Of a stretch of DNA of 64,000 bases, positions 52,095 through 64,000 are shown piece after piece. Position 1 is the stretch's first letter. Every line of letters starts with the position of its first letter. The stretch is from Rhynchobatus australiae (Eukaryota), in NCBI GenBank assembly GCA_034780895.1, contig JAUZTB010000062.1, positions 18,751,120 through 18,815,119 on the forward strand. The letters run 5' to 3'. The notes under the pieces are model-generated. The model saw nothing but the letters and a program-made list of their open reading frames with translations. It did not search any database and was not told where the DNA came from. A program made the position numbers and the translations under genes.

Positions 52095-52400
52095 ATAAAT
52101 GCATTTATAGTCAAACTGATGCATCAAGGTATTTAACACAATTTACTTCAAAGTATAGTGACCATTTTTGTGTAAGTGAATGTGATATTCATTCTACTTC
52201 AGTAACAACACCCAACAGTAGCCAAAGAGTTACTCATTTAATTTCTATTTAGTGTTATTAATCAAGAGGGTTAAGTCAATCATGACCTGAAAGAACTCCC
52301 AACTCTCCTGTCTATTGTTCAATGGTAATTTTTAAGTATCTACATGAATGATCAGAATCAGTAGGCAGGACATTGATTTGATGGCTCATTCAAAAGACAT
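52095..52400 (-). mobile_element. DeuSINE-like remnant
   Basis: Reverse complement shows GTCTTTTGAATGAG...GGAGTTCTTTC...TCACTATACTTTGAAGTA...CTATAAATGCA. Confidence 0.5.
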
Positions 52401-53141
52401 CTTAAAATCTCGAGTAAGTTTCGAACTCCAATGTGTGTTCTGGCTTCAAGAAAATGTGTCACCAATGGAGTTAAATAGACATGTAATTGTTAGAATAACT
52501 AGGAAGGCAATTGTTTCTTCAAAATAGGAGGTATGATTTCAGTTCTTTAAGGCTACATTCACACTACAATTTAAATTATTGGGAAACCATGAATATTTCC
52601 TTATGGTAATTGAGAATGTGTCTGCAAATTCTTGAACATAAAGCAAAACACTGTCTCCTAGAAGACATATTCCGAGCACAGGGTGAGCCCCAGCTCTGGA
52701 TTTGTACTGTAATTTTAGTGTAGGAGAGGACCTAAACAATTTTTTTTTACAGTGATTACTGCTGGTACTCTGATTGCAAAACCAATTATTCTAGCTTCCT
52801 AGAATGAACAGTCATAATATTTTGTTTAAAATCAGACAAAATGTTCTGTGGCCAAAGGGTAATCAGCCATCTCAATCATCTAAAATTATTGTTTATATTT
52901 CTTCAGAACTTCACACAGCCTCATGTCTTCTTTTAATACCAATATTGAAATATTGGATTAGTAAATTATTCCAAATAAAGCACACTGTAAAACAAAGAAA
53001 ATCACTAAGAAGCACAAAACAAGAAATCACACAGTTGCTGAGCATCACAAGAATAGGCTTCTTGAACCTTTTACAACAGTCCATTATACTCATTAATCAG
53101 AGAGATGATGATCAAACAATTTCCATTCTCTCATTACCCAC

Positions 53142-53268
53142 CTGGCTTCCATCGTCTATCATCATCTGTTACCATGTCAACGCCATTGATGAGATTATCC
53201 CAAAATTCTTGCAGGTTGTCCGATTCTGGCAGTCTTCCTGCAATTCCTGCTATCACTATTTCCTCCAT
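53142..53268 (-). CDS. FASN: FASN exon 2 coding part, with start codon ([43 protein letters not shown])
   Basis: ATG at 53268 in AAAATGG context; acceptor TTGCAG| at 53284; donor CAG|GTGGG. Confidence 0.96.
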
Positions 53269-53419
53269 TTTGGTTCTTCTCAGGCTGCAATCAAAACCAC
53301 AGAGGAAGAATGAACCAATAACCTCCACTTACATAAGCACACTTCTTGGTCTCAAAGTCCCAAGGACAATAAAGTGTGGTTATCGTGTAATTATAGGAAA
53401 GCACAGTAGAGATCAGACA

Positions 53420-53700
53420 AGTTTATCTTTATTAGACACACATACATCAAAACACACAGTGAAATGCATCTTTTTGCGTTGTGTTCTGGGGGCAGCCCGC
53501 AAGTGTCGCCACACCTCCAGCGCCAACATAGCATGCCCACAACTTCTTAACCTGTACTTCTTTGGAATGTGGGAGGAAACCGGAGCACTTGGAGGAAACC
53601 CACACAGACATGGGGAGAACATACAAACTCCTTACAAACAGTGGTCGGATTTGAACCCAGGTCACTGGCGCTGTAAAGTGTTATGCTACCGCACTAACCA
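53420..53700 (-). mobile_element. tRNA-derived V-SINE (HE1-like)
   Basis: Close reverse-complement copy of 32830-33125. Confidence 0.88.
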
Positions 53701-55856
53701 AATTGTGGAAGCAAAACCCCAGATAGGAAAAAAGAAATCAAAATAAATGACCACATTCAGGTGTTGTTGCTTTTTTACTCCAATTAACTGATTTTCAAAA
53801 CTTAATTTGCCTGCCTCAAACCAATGGGGTTACTGAGCAGTTTTAATTAAAGGCCATGGCCAACTTGAAGAATGGCCAGATCTGTAGATGGCACAGAGAG
53901 TTTGCTGCTGCTACTCCCACCCCTGGAGCCTTGTGCATGTGAAACAGCCAAGTAGAAATTAATTCCATCTGCTGACCTGATCTGAATGGAGAAAACTCTC
54001 ATGGGGGAGCGTTTCCAAACAAGATCCAGTCTACAGAAATGAACGAGTTAAGTAACTCCTACTTCCACCACTTTATGTAACGTGCAACAAATCCAGTGCC
54101 TGACAAATTTCATCAACGTGCATCTTCAAAAATATCAATGACATCAGTTTGAGTTGTGATTGGATTTTACACTGATCAAAACATTAGCAGAATCAGTATT
54201 TATTAGCACTCTTAGCTGCACTCCTTCCCACATCCTGATCAGCCTTTTCAATGGATCACAGTAATTCCTAGCATCTCCCCTCCCCCTCGTTTTACACAGA
54301 TGCCAGTGTAACGATTAAAGTTTAGGAGGGGAAAAAAAAGCAGCAAAAAACTTCAAAACATTTTGATGCATTGTGGAAAAATATGTAATCTAAACTTTAG
54401 TAATTATTAAAGTTGTTTTGTAAAAATTTTCCTTTGCTCCTTATTGCTATACAACTTTTCTGACTGCTCCTTACTGCTCACTCCCAATGGAATCATGATT
54501 GAAAAGGTCAAAGTACAGTTGGATCCTTATCTTCACCAGCTCAAGCTGAAAGCCCACATACAGATGTTCAACTCAGCATCATATTGATAAAGAACTTCTT
54601 GCCTTTCGAATACAGTCTGGCTCCATTCCACCCTTAATGTAACAATACCAAAACCTCTGTCACCACTAGGTAAATTTTCTAGCCCTCGATACCCCTCACT
54701 CAGTCATCTCTAAGGCCTCCTCCCCCCTCTCTCCTTCCCTTCACCGCCAGCTCTGCATTCTCCAACACTTTCGAGGCTGCGCTGTCTGTACTGGTGCCCC
54801 ACTTCCCCTGCACAGTCAACAATACTGGTTTCCTGTCTTCTAATGTATTGCATTCAAAATCCTTGCCCCATCCTCAAATCCCAACTCCATCTTGAATTTG
54901 TAGCAACCTCCTGCATTACACTACCACCCACTTCCATATCAGTCCCTTTACTCTTCCTTACATCCTAAACATTATCTCCAGAGGATACAGCCATCTCAGC
55001 CAATCTCACTGGAACTCCCTCCCTAAACTCATATCTTTGTCAAGCATAAGTCTATAGCCACAGGGCTGTCGGAACCACAGTAACCACAATTTATAAATAA
55101 ACTCATTTGACTGACGAAGACCATTTCCCCAGCCTCCCCCCAATTTTTTCCAAATATTTTGCACATTTAAGAACATTCATAAGCTTTTACGAGTCATGTA
55201 CACAGCTGAACAAAAAAAATTTCCGTCTTTCCTTTAAATTTACTTCCTTTCTAAAGTTTATGGTCCAAATCTCGTGTGCATCTTTCCTTCTCCATTCTCT
55301 CCATCAATTTCCATGCCTATCTGATTGCGCTGCTCCAAGTACACCTGTCTGCTGCATCCATTCTTTGGGTAGCAGGCAGGAAATGCCACCATGATGTGGG
55401 GAGGGTGGCCATCTTCTCAATCACGGTAAAACTGCTTTACCTTCAGCTTAGAAAACAGGCAGGGTTCAAATTGTAGGAAAGGCCACAATCTCATTTTGTT
55501 ACCGATTCAGAGGCCAGCAAAATCTTACACCGGTGAGCCAACTTGGAGGAACAAGGAGAATATGGAATGGGGGAGAAAAAGAGGAGAGGGACAAACAGAT
55601 AGTAGGGTTGGAAAGAAACACAGCAGCAAATTGTGGTGAAAGAATCCTGCAAACACCACTGTCTGTCCACTGGCCAGCATTTGGTATCTTGAACCTTTTA
55701 TATTATACAATCTTGGCTCACAGGATAGATGCACTGAAACCACAGCATTCAGCTTAAAGAATGTTATCACAGATGAAGCATTCATGTCCAATTGTTTCTG
55801 AAACATACAAATTTGAATCTGTAAATATATTTTGGGAAATGTAAATGATATCCTAA

Positions 55857-56176
55857 CCACACCTGTCTACATCAATGGTGATGAGGTCAAGAGGGTTGAG
55901 AGTTTCAAGTTCTTGGGAGTGGACATCACCAACAGCTTGTTCTGGTCAAATCACGTAGATGCCACAGCCAAGATAGCTCACCAGTGCCTCTACTTCCTCA
56001 GGAGGCTAAAGAAATTTGGCATGTCCCCTTTGACACTCACCATAGAAAGTGCCCTACCTGAATGTATCACGGATTGATACGGCAACTGCTCTGCCCAGAA
56101 CCGCAAGAAACTGCAGAGAGTTGTGGACACAGCCCAGCGCATCACAGACACCAGCCTCCCCTCCTTGGACTCTGTC
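55857..56176 (+). mobile_element. Rex1/Babar-like LINE fragment (post-RT region)
   Basis: PVYINGDEVKRVESFKFLGVDITNSLFWSNHV...LYFLRRLKKFGMS. Confidence 0.85.
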
Positions 56177-57049
56177 NNNNNNNNNNNNNNNNNNNNNNNN
56201 NNNNNNNNNNNNNNNNNNNNNNNNNNNNNNNNNNNNNNNNNNNNNNNNNNNNNNNNNNNNNNNNNNNNNNNNNNNNNNNNNNNNNNNNNNNNNNNNNNNN
56301 NNNNNNNNNNNNNNNNNNNNNNNNNNNNNNNNNNNNNNNNNNNNNNNNNNNNNNNNNNNNNNNNNNNNNNNNNNNNNNNNNNNNNNNNNNNNNNNNNNNN
56401 NNNNNNNNNNNNNNNNNNNNNNNNNNNNNNNNNNNNNNNNNNNNNNNNNNNNNNNNNNNNNNNNNNNNNNNNNNNNNNNNNNNNNNNNNNNNNNNNNNNN
56501 NNNNNNNNNNNNNNNNNNNNNNNNNNNNNNNNNNNNNNNNNNNNNNNNNNNNNNNNNNNNNNNNNNNNNNNNNNNNNNNNNNNNNNNNNNNNNNNNNNNN
56601 NNNNNNNNNNNNNNNNNNNNNNNNNNNNNNNNNNNNNNNNNNNNNNNNNNNNNNNNNNNNNNNNNNNNNNNNNNNNNNNNNNNNNNNNNNNNNNNNNNNN
56701 NNNNNNNNNNNNNNNNNNNNNNNNNNNNNNNNNNNNNNNNNNNNNNNNNNNNNNNNNNNNNNNNNNNNNNNNNNNNNNNNNNNNNNNNNNNNNNNNNNNN
56801 NNNNNNNNNNNNNNNNNNNNNNNNNNNNNNNNNNNNNNNNNNNNNNNNNNNNNNNNNNNNNNNNNNNNNNNNNNNNNNNNNNNNNNNNNNNNNNNNNNNN
56901 NNNNNNNNNNNNNNNNNNNNNNNNNNNNNNNNNNNNNNNNNNNNNNNNNNNNNNNNNNNNNNNNNNNNNNNNNNNNNNNNNNNNNNNNNNNNNNNNNNNN
57001 NNNNNNNNNNNNNNNNNNNNNNNNNNNNNNNNNNNNNNNNNNNNNNNNN

Positions 57050-57110
57050 TGCTACCAGGTGATAGTCATTGAGGCAGCTCACCCTGCTCTTCGTGGGCAC
57101 TGGACTGATG
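57050..57110 (-). mobile_element. Rex1-like RT N-terminal fragment
   Basis: ISPVPTKSRVSCLNDYHLVA resembles IIPVPKK...CLNDYRPVA. Confidence 0.7.
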
Positions 57111-60100
57111 CTGCTCTTCTGAAACTCTATTTGTGTCAATAGTACCTTGATATCAATTTTTCCTTCAACTGTCCTTTCTCTTTTTAAGTATTAATGGCTT
57201 GTGCTGTTGTTCCACAGATGACAACCACACTTCAGGGCAGACTGTACTCAAATTTCCTGCCCTTCACGTGTGACTTCAGATGATGAAAATTAGTAACGTC
57301 AAAAGAGAGCCAGATATTGTTCTGGCCAATCTGCAGAGATTCATTTTTAAACAGGAGACAGGAATCTTTCCTTTTAATGTTGCCTCTTCTTTTCCAGGGC
57401 TGAGAGATTGAAATTAATACCAAAGGCGACATCAACTAACACTGGACAGACAAGGGACTGAACCTACAATCGCATAGGCCCTAACAGATTGGTGAGGTCA
57501 TTATCCAAAGGGCAGCTACCAACTATCAGTTACTATTAACTGCGAAAGGTCTTTTCCTTGTTCTATTTAGCTTGAAGCTTACTTAACACAGCTGGATTTA
57601 AAAAAAAATGGTCTCATTACCCATACCCTTTGTAAAGCTTAGATCTCTTTTTCCACTAAAAAGTGTTACAGTTCATGAAATTAGATCAAAAAGTAACAAA
57701 TTCCAAGATTGAAAATGAAACAGAGAATATTTGTATCACACTGTTTTACACGATAGCATCAGTATCTCTGTGGGAACCAGATGTACCACAGTTATACATC
57801 AGGGTTATCAGACAATACAATACTGACATCAAGCACAGGAGAATGATTACACATTTCTTGCATTTTCATTGGCCCTCCCCACTTGGTTTACACTCTTAGT
57901 AATACCATTTGTTGGTTCAATATTGATAGTGAATCCATTAAAAGAAAAATAAGACAATCCTCTTTTGTTCATTTTTGGTTCTCACAAAGTTAAGGTGACA
58001 TTCTGCAGAACTGATAATATTCTGTGGTAAGAAAACACCTTTCTAGTTGGGTTTGGATAGGTTATCAATAGCATCAACAGAAGCAGATCATGAGAATTTA
58101 GAAAACAAGCCAATAATTTATCTTGCATCATTCCATTCGCATTTAACAGTTTTGGCTGACTGTTTTTAATTTACTGTTCTTGATACCTTATCTCTGCCGA
58201 GGCAATTAGATTAATTTAATCTGCTACTTTATCATAGATTACTTGCTGGTTGAATGCCAAGAACATCCCGAAGCTGCAATCACACAGAAAATCCTCAACA
58301 TGTCTCAGGTAGGCCACTATTGTTGACTTTCATTTAGCATGAACCATAGAGTGAAGATAGTAACTGTAAAGCAGTGTCTTTGCTCCATTTCACAAAACTA
58401 TACGTTAAGACTAGCTAGGTAAACTTAAGGATAGGTTTAACAAGGATTACTAAACCATAGGTTTATTTTAAGCAGGCTAATGCATTGTTACGTTTGTAGG
58501 AATTTCGAGCCCTCTATCAGTACAATAACATTATTGAGAAGATTTTTTTTAAAGAAAGGAAAACCATCATAAAGTCATATTAGTGAAACATTTGAAATCA
58601 CAGAACAAAACAGCATAAGAGGTCATTCAATCCATTGGTGCTGGGGCTATCCAATTCATTAAGGGGCTATCCAATTTCCACTTTGGCTATTTTACCAATT
58701 TCCTTTCGATGATTAATATTTAATCTGCTTCCCTTACCCATCTAGGCAGTATGTTCCATGTCATATCAACATAAGATTTCTGATCATTTTGCTTCTGGCT
58801 CCTTTGACAATGTATTAGATGAACATTTGTCGTCAATTTAAAAGGTTTGTGGTATATGATCAATATATGCCATATATGTTGCTTATAAACTATCCTCTAA
58901 AGAAAGCCAAACAATTCAAGAAAATTTAAACCTCCCTTTAAATTAAATCTTCTCTGAAAGCAATAGCAGCAATGAAACAATGCTTGGTAAAGAAAAACTG
59001 AAGCCTAGCTTCAACATTTCATCTTCCCAGTACTACTATTGCTGCCATCAGTAACAAATTGTTCAATGTCCTTCACTACNNNNNNNNNNNNNNNNNNNNN
59101 NTAAAGTCATTGCATTGTACATAATTGAACTGAATTGTGCTTTGATTCAAGACTAACTGAAACCATTCAGAGGAACTTTTCCTGGCTCCTAGTAACAGTC
59201 TGTTGTCTATGTAGAGAGATCACCAATGTTCTCAAAACCCTGAGCCGAGCTTTTCCATTGTATAGCAGCAGCAGGCTGCCTCCCTCATGTTTGAAGGGCT
59301 CAGAGCCATTTACTGTGAATGTAACACAATGAATGTTCAGTTTTCGGGTTTTTTTTGGTAAGCTGCTGGAAACTATGCTCTAAAAATCCTGAAGAAAATG
59401 TCATTTGAAATCTACACCTTGATATAGGTTCCTCTGCTAAATATTGACTTTTACAATACTGTAGGCACTGAGTGAAACTTCTCTTTCGTGATATCCATGT
59501 AAATAAGTCTGTAACCAGTACAATCATCATTCTTTAAGGATTACTAAAGATTCATGTTATCAGATGTTGAGATTATTTATTAATTTCCAGTCCCCAAATC
59601 AAAATGAAAGGGAGGAATGGGTCAGTGATGGGAAGATTTTGCTGCACTTTTCCTCTTAATGTACCAAATTTGATATTCTTTGAGTTCTTAAATCTATGGT
59701 ATCCCACAGTTCCAAGCAATTTAATTTTTTCCAGCCTAAACATATGCCGGGAAATGTAAATATTGAACGATACTTCTTAATACCACTGATTTAAATATTC
59801 AAATTTTCACAGCTAAAGTCAATTTTAGTGCCAAGTAGTACATACTTAATGGTTTCCATTAACCTCGCCTATTTTCTTCAGATTCTGCTATCTCTAGATA
59901 GCTCTTTGTACCTCCTTCTCCAATGCTCATTGCAGCACCTAGCAGGAATTTCAACTACTCCACCTAGAAGCCCACAGATATGATTATCCAGTGGAGCTGC
60001 AGGGTTCATCAACCACATGCCCTTTTCTCTCACTTCACCTTTGCTGTCCTGGACACAACAGTGGATCAGAAGTTGCCACCCCCTCCTCCAGTGAGCGTAC

Positions 60101-60149
60101 AGTAAATTGTAAACACCACAACCTCATGGTGACAGTTAGAATCGACTTT

Positions 60150-61750
60150 CTGGTTTTGACTGAAGCTGGCCTGTAGTGAGTAACATTTATCTGTTCCCCT
60201 GACTTCTGTCAATCCCACCTCCCATGGCCATGTTTGGAATAACTTCTGTCATTTACAACTGCATTCCCAAATGCTATCAGGCATTTGGAGTTTCTACTCA
60301 CCATTCTGCAGCATTAGATTTGTTCAGCTATTCCCTTATTTCTCCATTGAGACTCTAGCAGAACAGTAGCTTTCTTTTTCATCCCATTTACTTCCCAGGG
60401 TACAATCACTAACTTTCCTCTGTCACGGGCCAAATCTCCAGAGTGCCCGTCACACATCAAGATCAACCAGGTCACGATCCCACCCATTGAAATGAATAAT
60501 TCCCTTTTCAATCAGCATGGCTCCTTTTCTCCGTTACAAACCACACTCCACCTGAACTCTCCACTCTCACCTCTAACAACAAATTCATGCATTTCTTCCT
60601 CTCCAGGTTAGTGATCATCATTTCAAGTGGCTCAGATGCTGCCCCCTCCCTATCCTCTGCCTTGGAGCCAGAAGTCCCTGGCTCATCCCATTTCTAGCTT
60701 CCTCTCCCCAAGCTGATCTCATTCATGACACTACTGCTCCCTTAGTCTCAATCCCATTTAAGATTCCATTCCAGGTGGCTAGATGGCACATGAAGTATTT
60801 TCCCTCCCTGAAGCAGAATAAAATGTCAGCACAACATTGTGGGCTGAAGGGCCTGTACTGTGCTGTAGTGTTCTAAGTTAACATGCACCTGCGTTTTTTT
60901 TAAAACAATTGCTCCATTAATTCCCCTTCCAATAAGAACTCTACCCACAGTCCTCTGTCCTCACTAATGACAATGCTACCTTCACCCTCCCTTTCAGTTC
61001 CAAAGTTCTAGATATGCTGTTGCCTCCTAGAACTATCGCAGATTGAACAGAACCCATTTTTGTTGAAGTTCCCTTCCTTCCCCCTGACATGAATCCATAT
61101 AACTTCACAGATAAATAGATGACAAAGACCACAATCCCTTCTCAGTTGCCTCAACCTCTGTGCAGCTTCTGGTGCAAGTAAATCACAACATCCTCCTCCA
61201 ACTCCACCCACGGTACTGCACTTGCATGGTCTACTCTAACCCTGTTCAAATGTAGTCAAAGCATCTTCGGCAACAGAGACACAAGAGACTGTAAGCTGGA
61301 AGTTGGAGCAACAAACAATTGTTTGTTGGCAAGAGTTTCTCTTCCCATCCCAGCACCATCATTCCCCCCACCAAACTTTTTCTCCACCATCTTCATCCCC
61401 TCTCTAGATGAGATCATCCAAAGCCAAGGGATCAGTCTCCCCACCAATAACACCCATCTCCACTGACCCTGCAATGACTTTCTTGGGCAGAGTTAGATCT
61501 TTCTCCCAGCTAAATACTCAGAAGTCTGAAGCCATCTTCTTCAGCTCTAGTGTTAATGTCACTCCCCACATTCTTGCTTTTGCTCCCCCCCTAACATTGG
61601 TCATGTCTCTGTCTCTCTCCTGCTCCTCTCCCAATATTAGTGACTGCACCTTTAACCACACAGATTCCTTCTGCAAACCTTCTCTCTCCATGTTGAAACA
61701 ACTTGCTTGACTGGTATTTTTAAAAACTAAATCACCTTCCCACACAATCT
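60150..61750 (+). mobile_element. Highly degenerate L2-like LINE with younger insertions
   Basis: C/T-rich tract containing CTCAACCTCTGTGCAGCTTCTGG (LDLSAAFD-like) and CAGCTAAATACTCAGAAGTCTGAAGCCATC (LNxxKTE-like). Confidence 0.45.
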
Positions 61751-62814
61751 ATTCTCAAGTTGCTCCCAGTTTTCCTTGTCTCTGTCAGCCACATTGGAGA
61801 TGCCACTGTTACACACCTTGGATTTTTAAAAAAATGTTGCAAGCAAGACAACTGTAAATTTGACATTGTTTGTACTCCAATTAAACAAACTGAATATTCC
61901 AGAAAGTTCATATTCACATCAAGATTGCACCAGGGCAAAAATCAAGACTTAAGCAGGACTCCTTCTTGACATGCAGACACAGTAGTTTCCTTTGTTCAAT
62001 TAGAATATGTGTACTGAATTTAAGAAAAAAAAGAGACGTTTGCCAATTACTACCATTTCAATCCCTAACAGAAAGGCCATCATGGAATGGCTCTGTTTGT
62101 TAAGTAGTGGTTAGGGCTCCATCCAAGTTGAATCAGATGGATATAATCATTTACAATACATTATGACTGATGTCGTAAATGATGGCAGAGATCTTCAATA
62201 TCCGAAAAACAAAATCACCCTGCGCAGTGGAGATGTTTGCATGGATGTGGCAATTATCTTGAGCCTAGTGCCACACATCTGTTAAAAAACCTCCGTGAAC
62301 TTGGGTGAGAACAGTGTCAAGTTAAATTTAGTAAAATGATCAAGAAGTTGATATATCGATGCAGAACATGACACGTTAATTTTATCTTCAAGAAGAATCT
62401 GCATTCGGGCATGAATTAACAGTTAAATCGATGAAATCTTACTCGGTAAAATTGACCGCAATGTTTAAACAAGAATCCTCTCGACTAGTGCAGGCGCAAT
62501 GCCGGCATGTTGCAAACTTCCTGTTTTTCTAATGCACCCGAGATGTCAATTGTGGCAGCTCTGGAATCAAACTCGGAGCTTTTATTGTAATATTTTCCTG
62601 CATGGGTTTTATCCACGGCGCATTCGGGAGCTGGGAGCGGCAGACTTACGCAATGACCTTGCATCTCCCCTCCCAGAGTTCGTCAGGTGGGAAGCTCATT
62701 ACACATCGGAATGGTGAAATTCACGCCTCCACCTTTCCAAGAAATTACAACATGTCGTCCGTCCTAACATCCGCAACGTGGAGTCAGATCGGCGAATGGT
62801 GCATGGATGTATGT

Positions 62815-62817
<3 letters not shown>

Positions 62818-62848
<31 letters not shown>
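62818..62848. repeat. (CA)n microsatellite
   Basis: About 15 units, read directly. Confidence 0.95.
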
Positions 62849-62849
<1 letters not shown>

Positions 62850-63054
62850 CTATATCCATTAAAAGCACTAAATCACACTGGATTTGACGACCGAAATCTA
62901 TGCAATCGATGTAAAATAAAACCTCGCGTTAGAAGAGATTTCTTTCATTACCTAAAGACCAGCCACAACGAGAAAAGGCACGGAGGATGAGCTCCTGGAA
63001 AAATGGCAGCGCTGTAATCTTATCTGCACTGCAATACAACCAGACTAATCAGAT

Positions 63055-63083
63055 GAGAGAGAGAGAGAGAGAGGGAGAGAGAG
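63055..63083. repeat. (GA)n microsatellite
   Basis: Read directly; one interruption. Confidence 0.9.
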
Positions 63084-63349
63084 GAGCTCAGTGCTTCGGA
63101 GATATCCGATAATGCTGTGAATTAATTGTTTTAAAAGAAAAAGAAACCTTGATCTGAGCTGCCCAGAATGGAACACATTTGATCTCTGCCGATCTGTGCG
63201 CAGACTCCCACCGCTCACTGAACTCCTTTATGAGAAGGAGCATTTCCTCTGCTACCCATTTGGTTTGTTCACCGTCAGAGCACCGATGTCCCACAATGGT
63301 ACAACCATCCACCTATTATATATTTATAGAACAAAAAGGTGAATCATAC

Positions 63350-63510
63350 CTGGGCTGCAGTTTCTTTCAAAACCGGTAGGTTTATTTTTTTCTCGCCTTC
63401 CTTTACTTGGCAACGTATTCAATGAATTTAGTGCAATTTTTGTTTTGTTATTTTTAATAAATATATTCACTTTGCTATGCGCCGCCGCAGCCTACTGGTT
63501 CGAGAGCTGG
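63350..63510 (-). other. FASN: Probable non-coding exon 1 of FASN
   Basis: Starts ~28 nt downstream of the TATA-like box, ends at a strong CAG|GTATGA donor and contains no upstream ATG. The TSS is inferred. Confidence 0.65.
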
Positions 63511-63537
63511 GCTGTGCTTCTCAAAGCTTCTCTAGAT

Positions 63538-63545
63538 TATTTAAA
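63538..63545 (-). promoter_or_regulatory. FASN: TATA-like box TTTAAATA
   Basis: Same motif and position relative to the E-box as the mammalian FASN TTAAATA. Confidence 0.75.
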
Positions 63546-63562
63546 TGACTAATTCGCCGGCT

Positions 63563-63590
63563 CGACACGCCACATGGTCTGACAGATTGG
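63563..63590 (-). promoter_or_regulatory. FASN: -65-type E-box (CATGTG, 63571-63576) with flanking SREBP sites and a CCAAT
   Basis: CCAATCTGTCAGACCATGTGGCGTGTC versus recalled human CCAAGCTGTCAGCCCATGTGGCGTGTC. Confidence 0.85.
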
Positions 63591-63597
63591 GTTTTCA

Positions 63598-63612
63598 GCC
63601 CAGTCCAATGAG
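63598..63612 (-). promoter_or_regulatory. FASN: Inverted CCAAT element (NF-Y)
   Basis: CTCATTGGACTGGGC versus recalled human CTCATTGGCCTGGGC. Confidence 0.8.
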
Positions 63613-63692
63613 AGGCGAGGTAGGGCTGGACCACAGGCTCATGAGATGATTAACCCCCCCTTCCAACCCCTAAGAAGACGCAGTCTCCGTAG

Positions 63693-63708
63693 AGGTTACT
63701 ACAGTTCA
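63693..63708 (+). promoter_or_regulatory. FASN: DR4 nuclear-receptor element (LXRE/TRE): AGGTTA CTAC AGTTCA
   Basis: Fits the RGGTTACT..NGKTCA pattern of LXR elements. Confidence 0.7.
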
Positions 63709-64000
63709 TGTGTAACATCGGTGCGCTGGATGGCTGAAGAACAGACAATCTACAGAATGGAACTTCAAACAAATGAAATCCTTTCCTCCCTAACCCTCGG
63801 TTGAAGTCAAATTAAGCGCTTGCAAGTATACTTTGCAAAGGAATAATTAATTAATATCCTTTCTCGCTTTTCTTTCAAAATAAATGTATTCTATGATCTC
63901 CCAGACAATATATCTTTACGTTACTTTCCCTAATTGCTTGCGAAGTGTAAAAGTGTATTTTGGTGGGCACACTGAGCTCTTTTGAGAACTGCCTAATGTG

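Larger units (their letters stand above)
62400..63720. promoter_or_regulatory. FASN: CpG-retaining promoter / first-intron region
   Basis: CG dinucleotides are visibly denser than in the rest of the window, which is CpG-depleted. Confidence 0.6.

Noticed and set aside
53105-53746. 213-aa plus-strand ORF
   Set aside because: It is the antisense of exon 2 plus a SINE, with no protein-like features.

Overview
Vertebrate genomic DNA, most likely an elasmobranch (shark or ray) judging by its repeats: V-SINE/HE1-like and DeuSINE-like SINEs, and CR1, Rex1, L2 and Penelope fragments. The window is almost entirely one minus-strand gene, cytosolic type I fatty acid synthase (FASN). I mapped the proximal promoter (~63510-63710), a probable non-coding exon 1, a ~10 kb intron 1 and 40 coding exons (2-41) covering KS-MAT-DH-pseudoMT-ER-KR-ACP-TE. 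Splice phases chain consistently and the catalytic motifs are intact; the last two exons lie left of the window, and N-gaps hide part of exon 9 and the end of exon 20. I found no convincing wholly new biological system. The best leads are: (1) a promoter closely matching the mammalian FASN TATA/E-box/CCAAT module, with a DR4 LXRE/TRE only ~190 bp upstream; (2) two diverged ~140-nt copies in intron 11 with H/ACA-snoRNA-like architecture; (3) an unusual KR active-site loop (GYGVAGQ instead of GRGNAGQ); (4) a GC-AG intron and two candidate poison splice events; (5) a near-perfect 96-nt intronic hairpin; (6) decayed hammerhead ribozymes in Penelope remnants. Comparisons with human/chicken FASN and repeat consensuses are from memory and need database confirmation.
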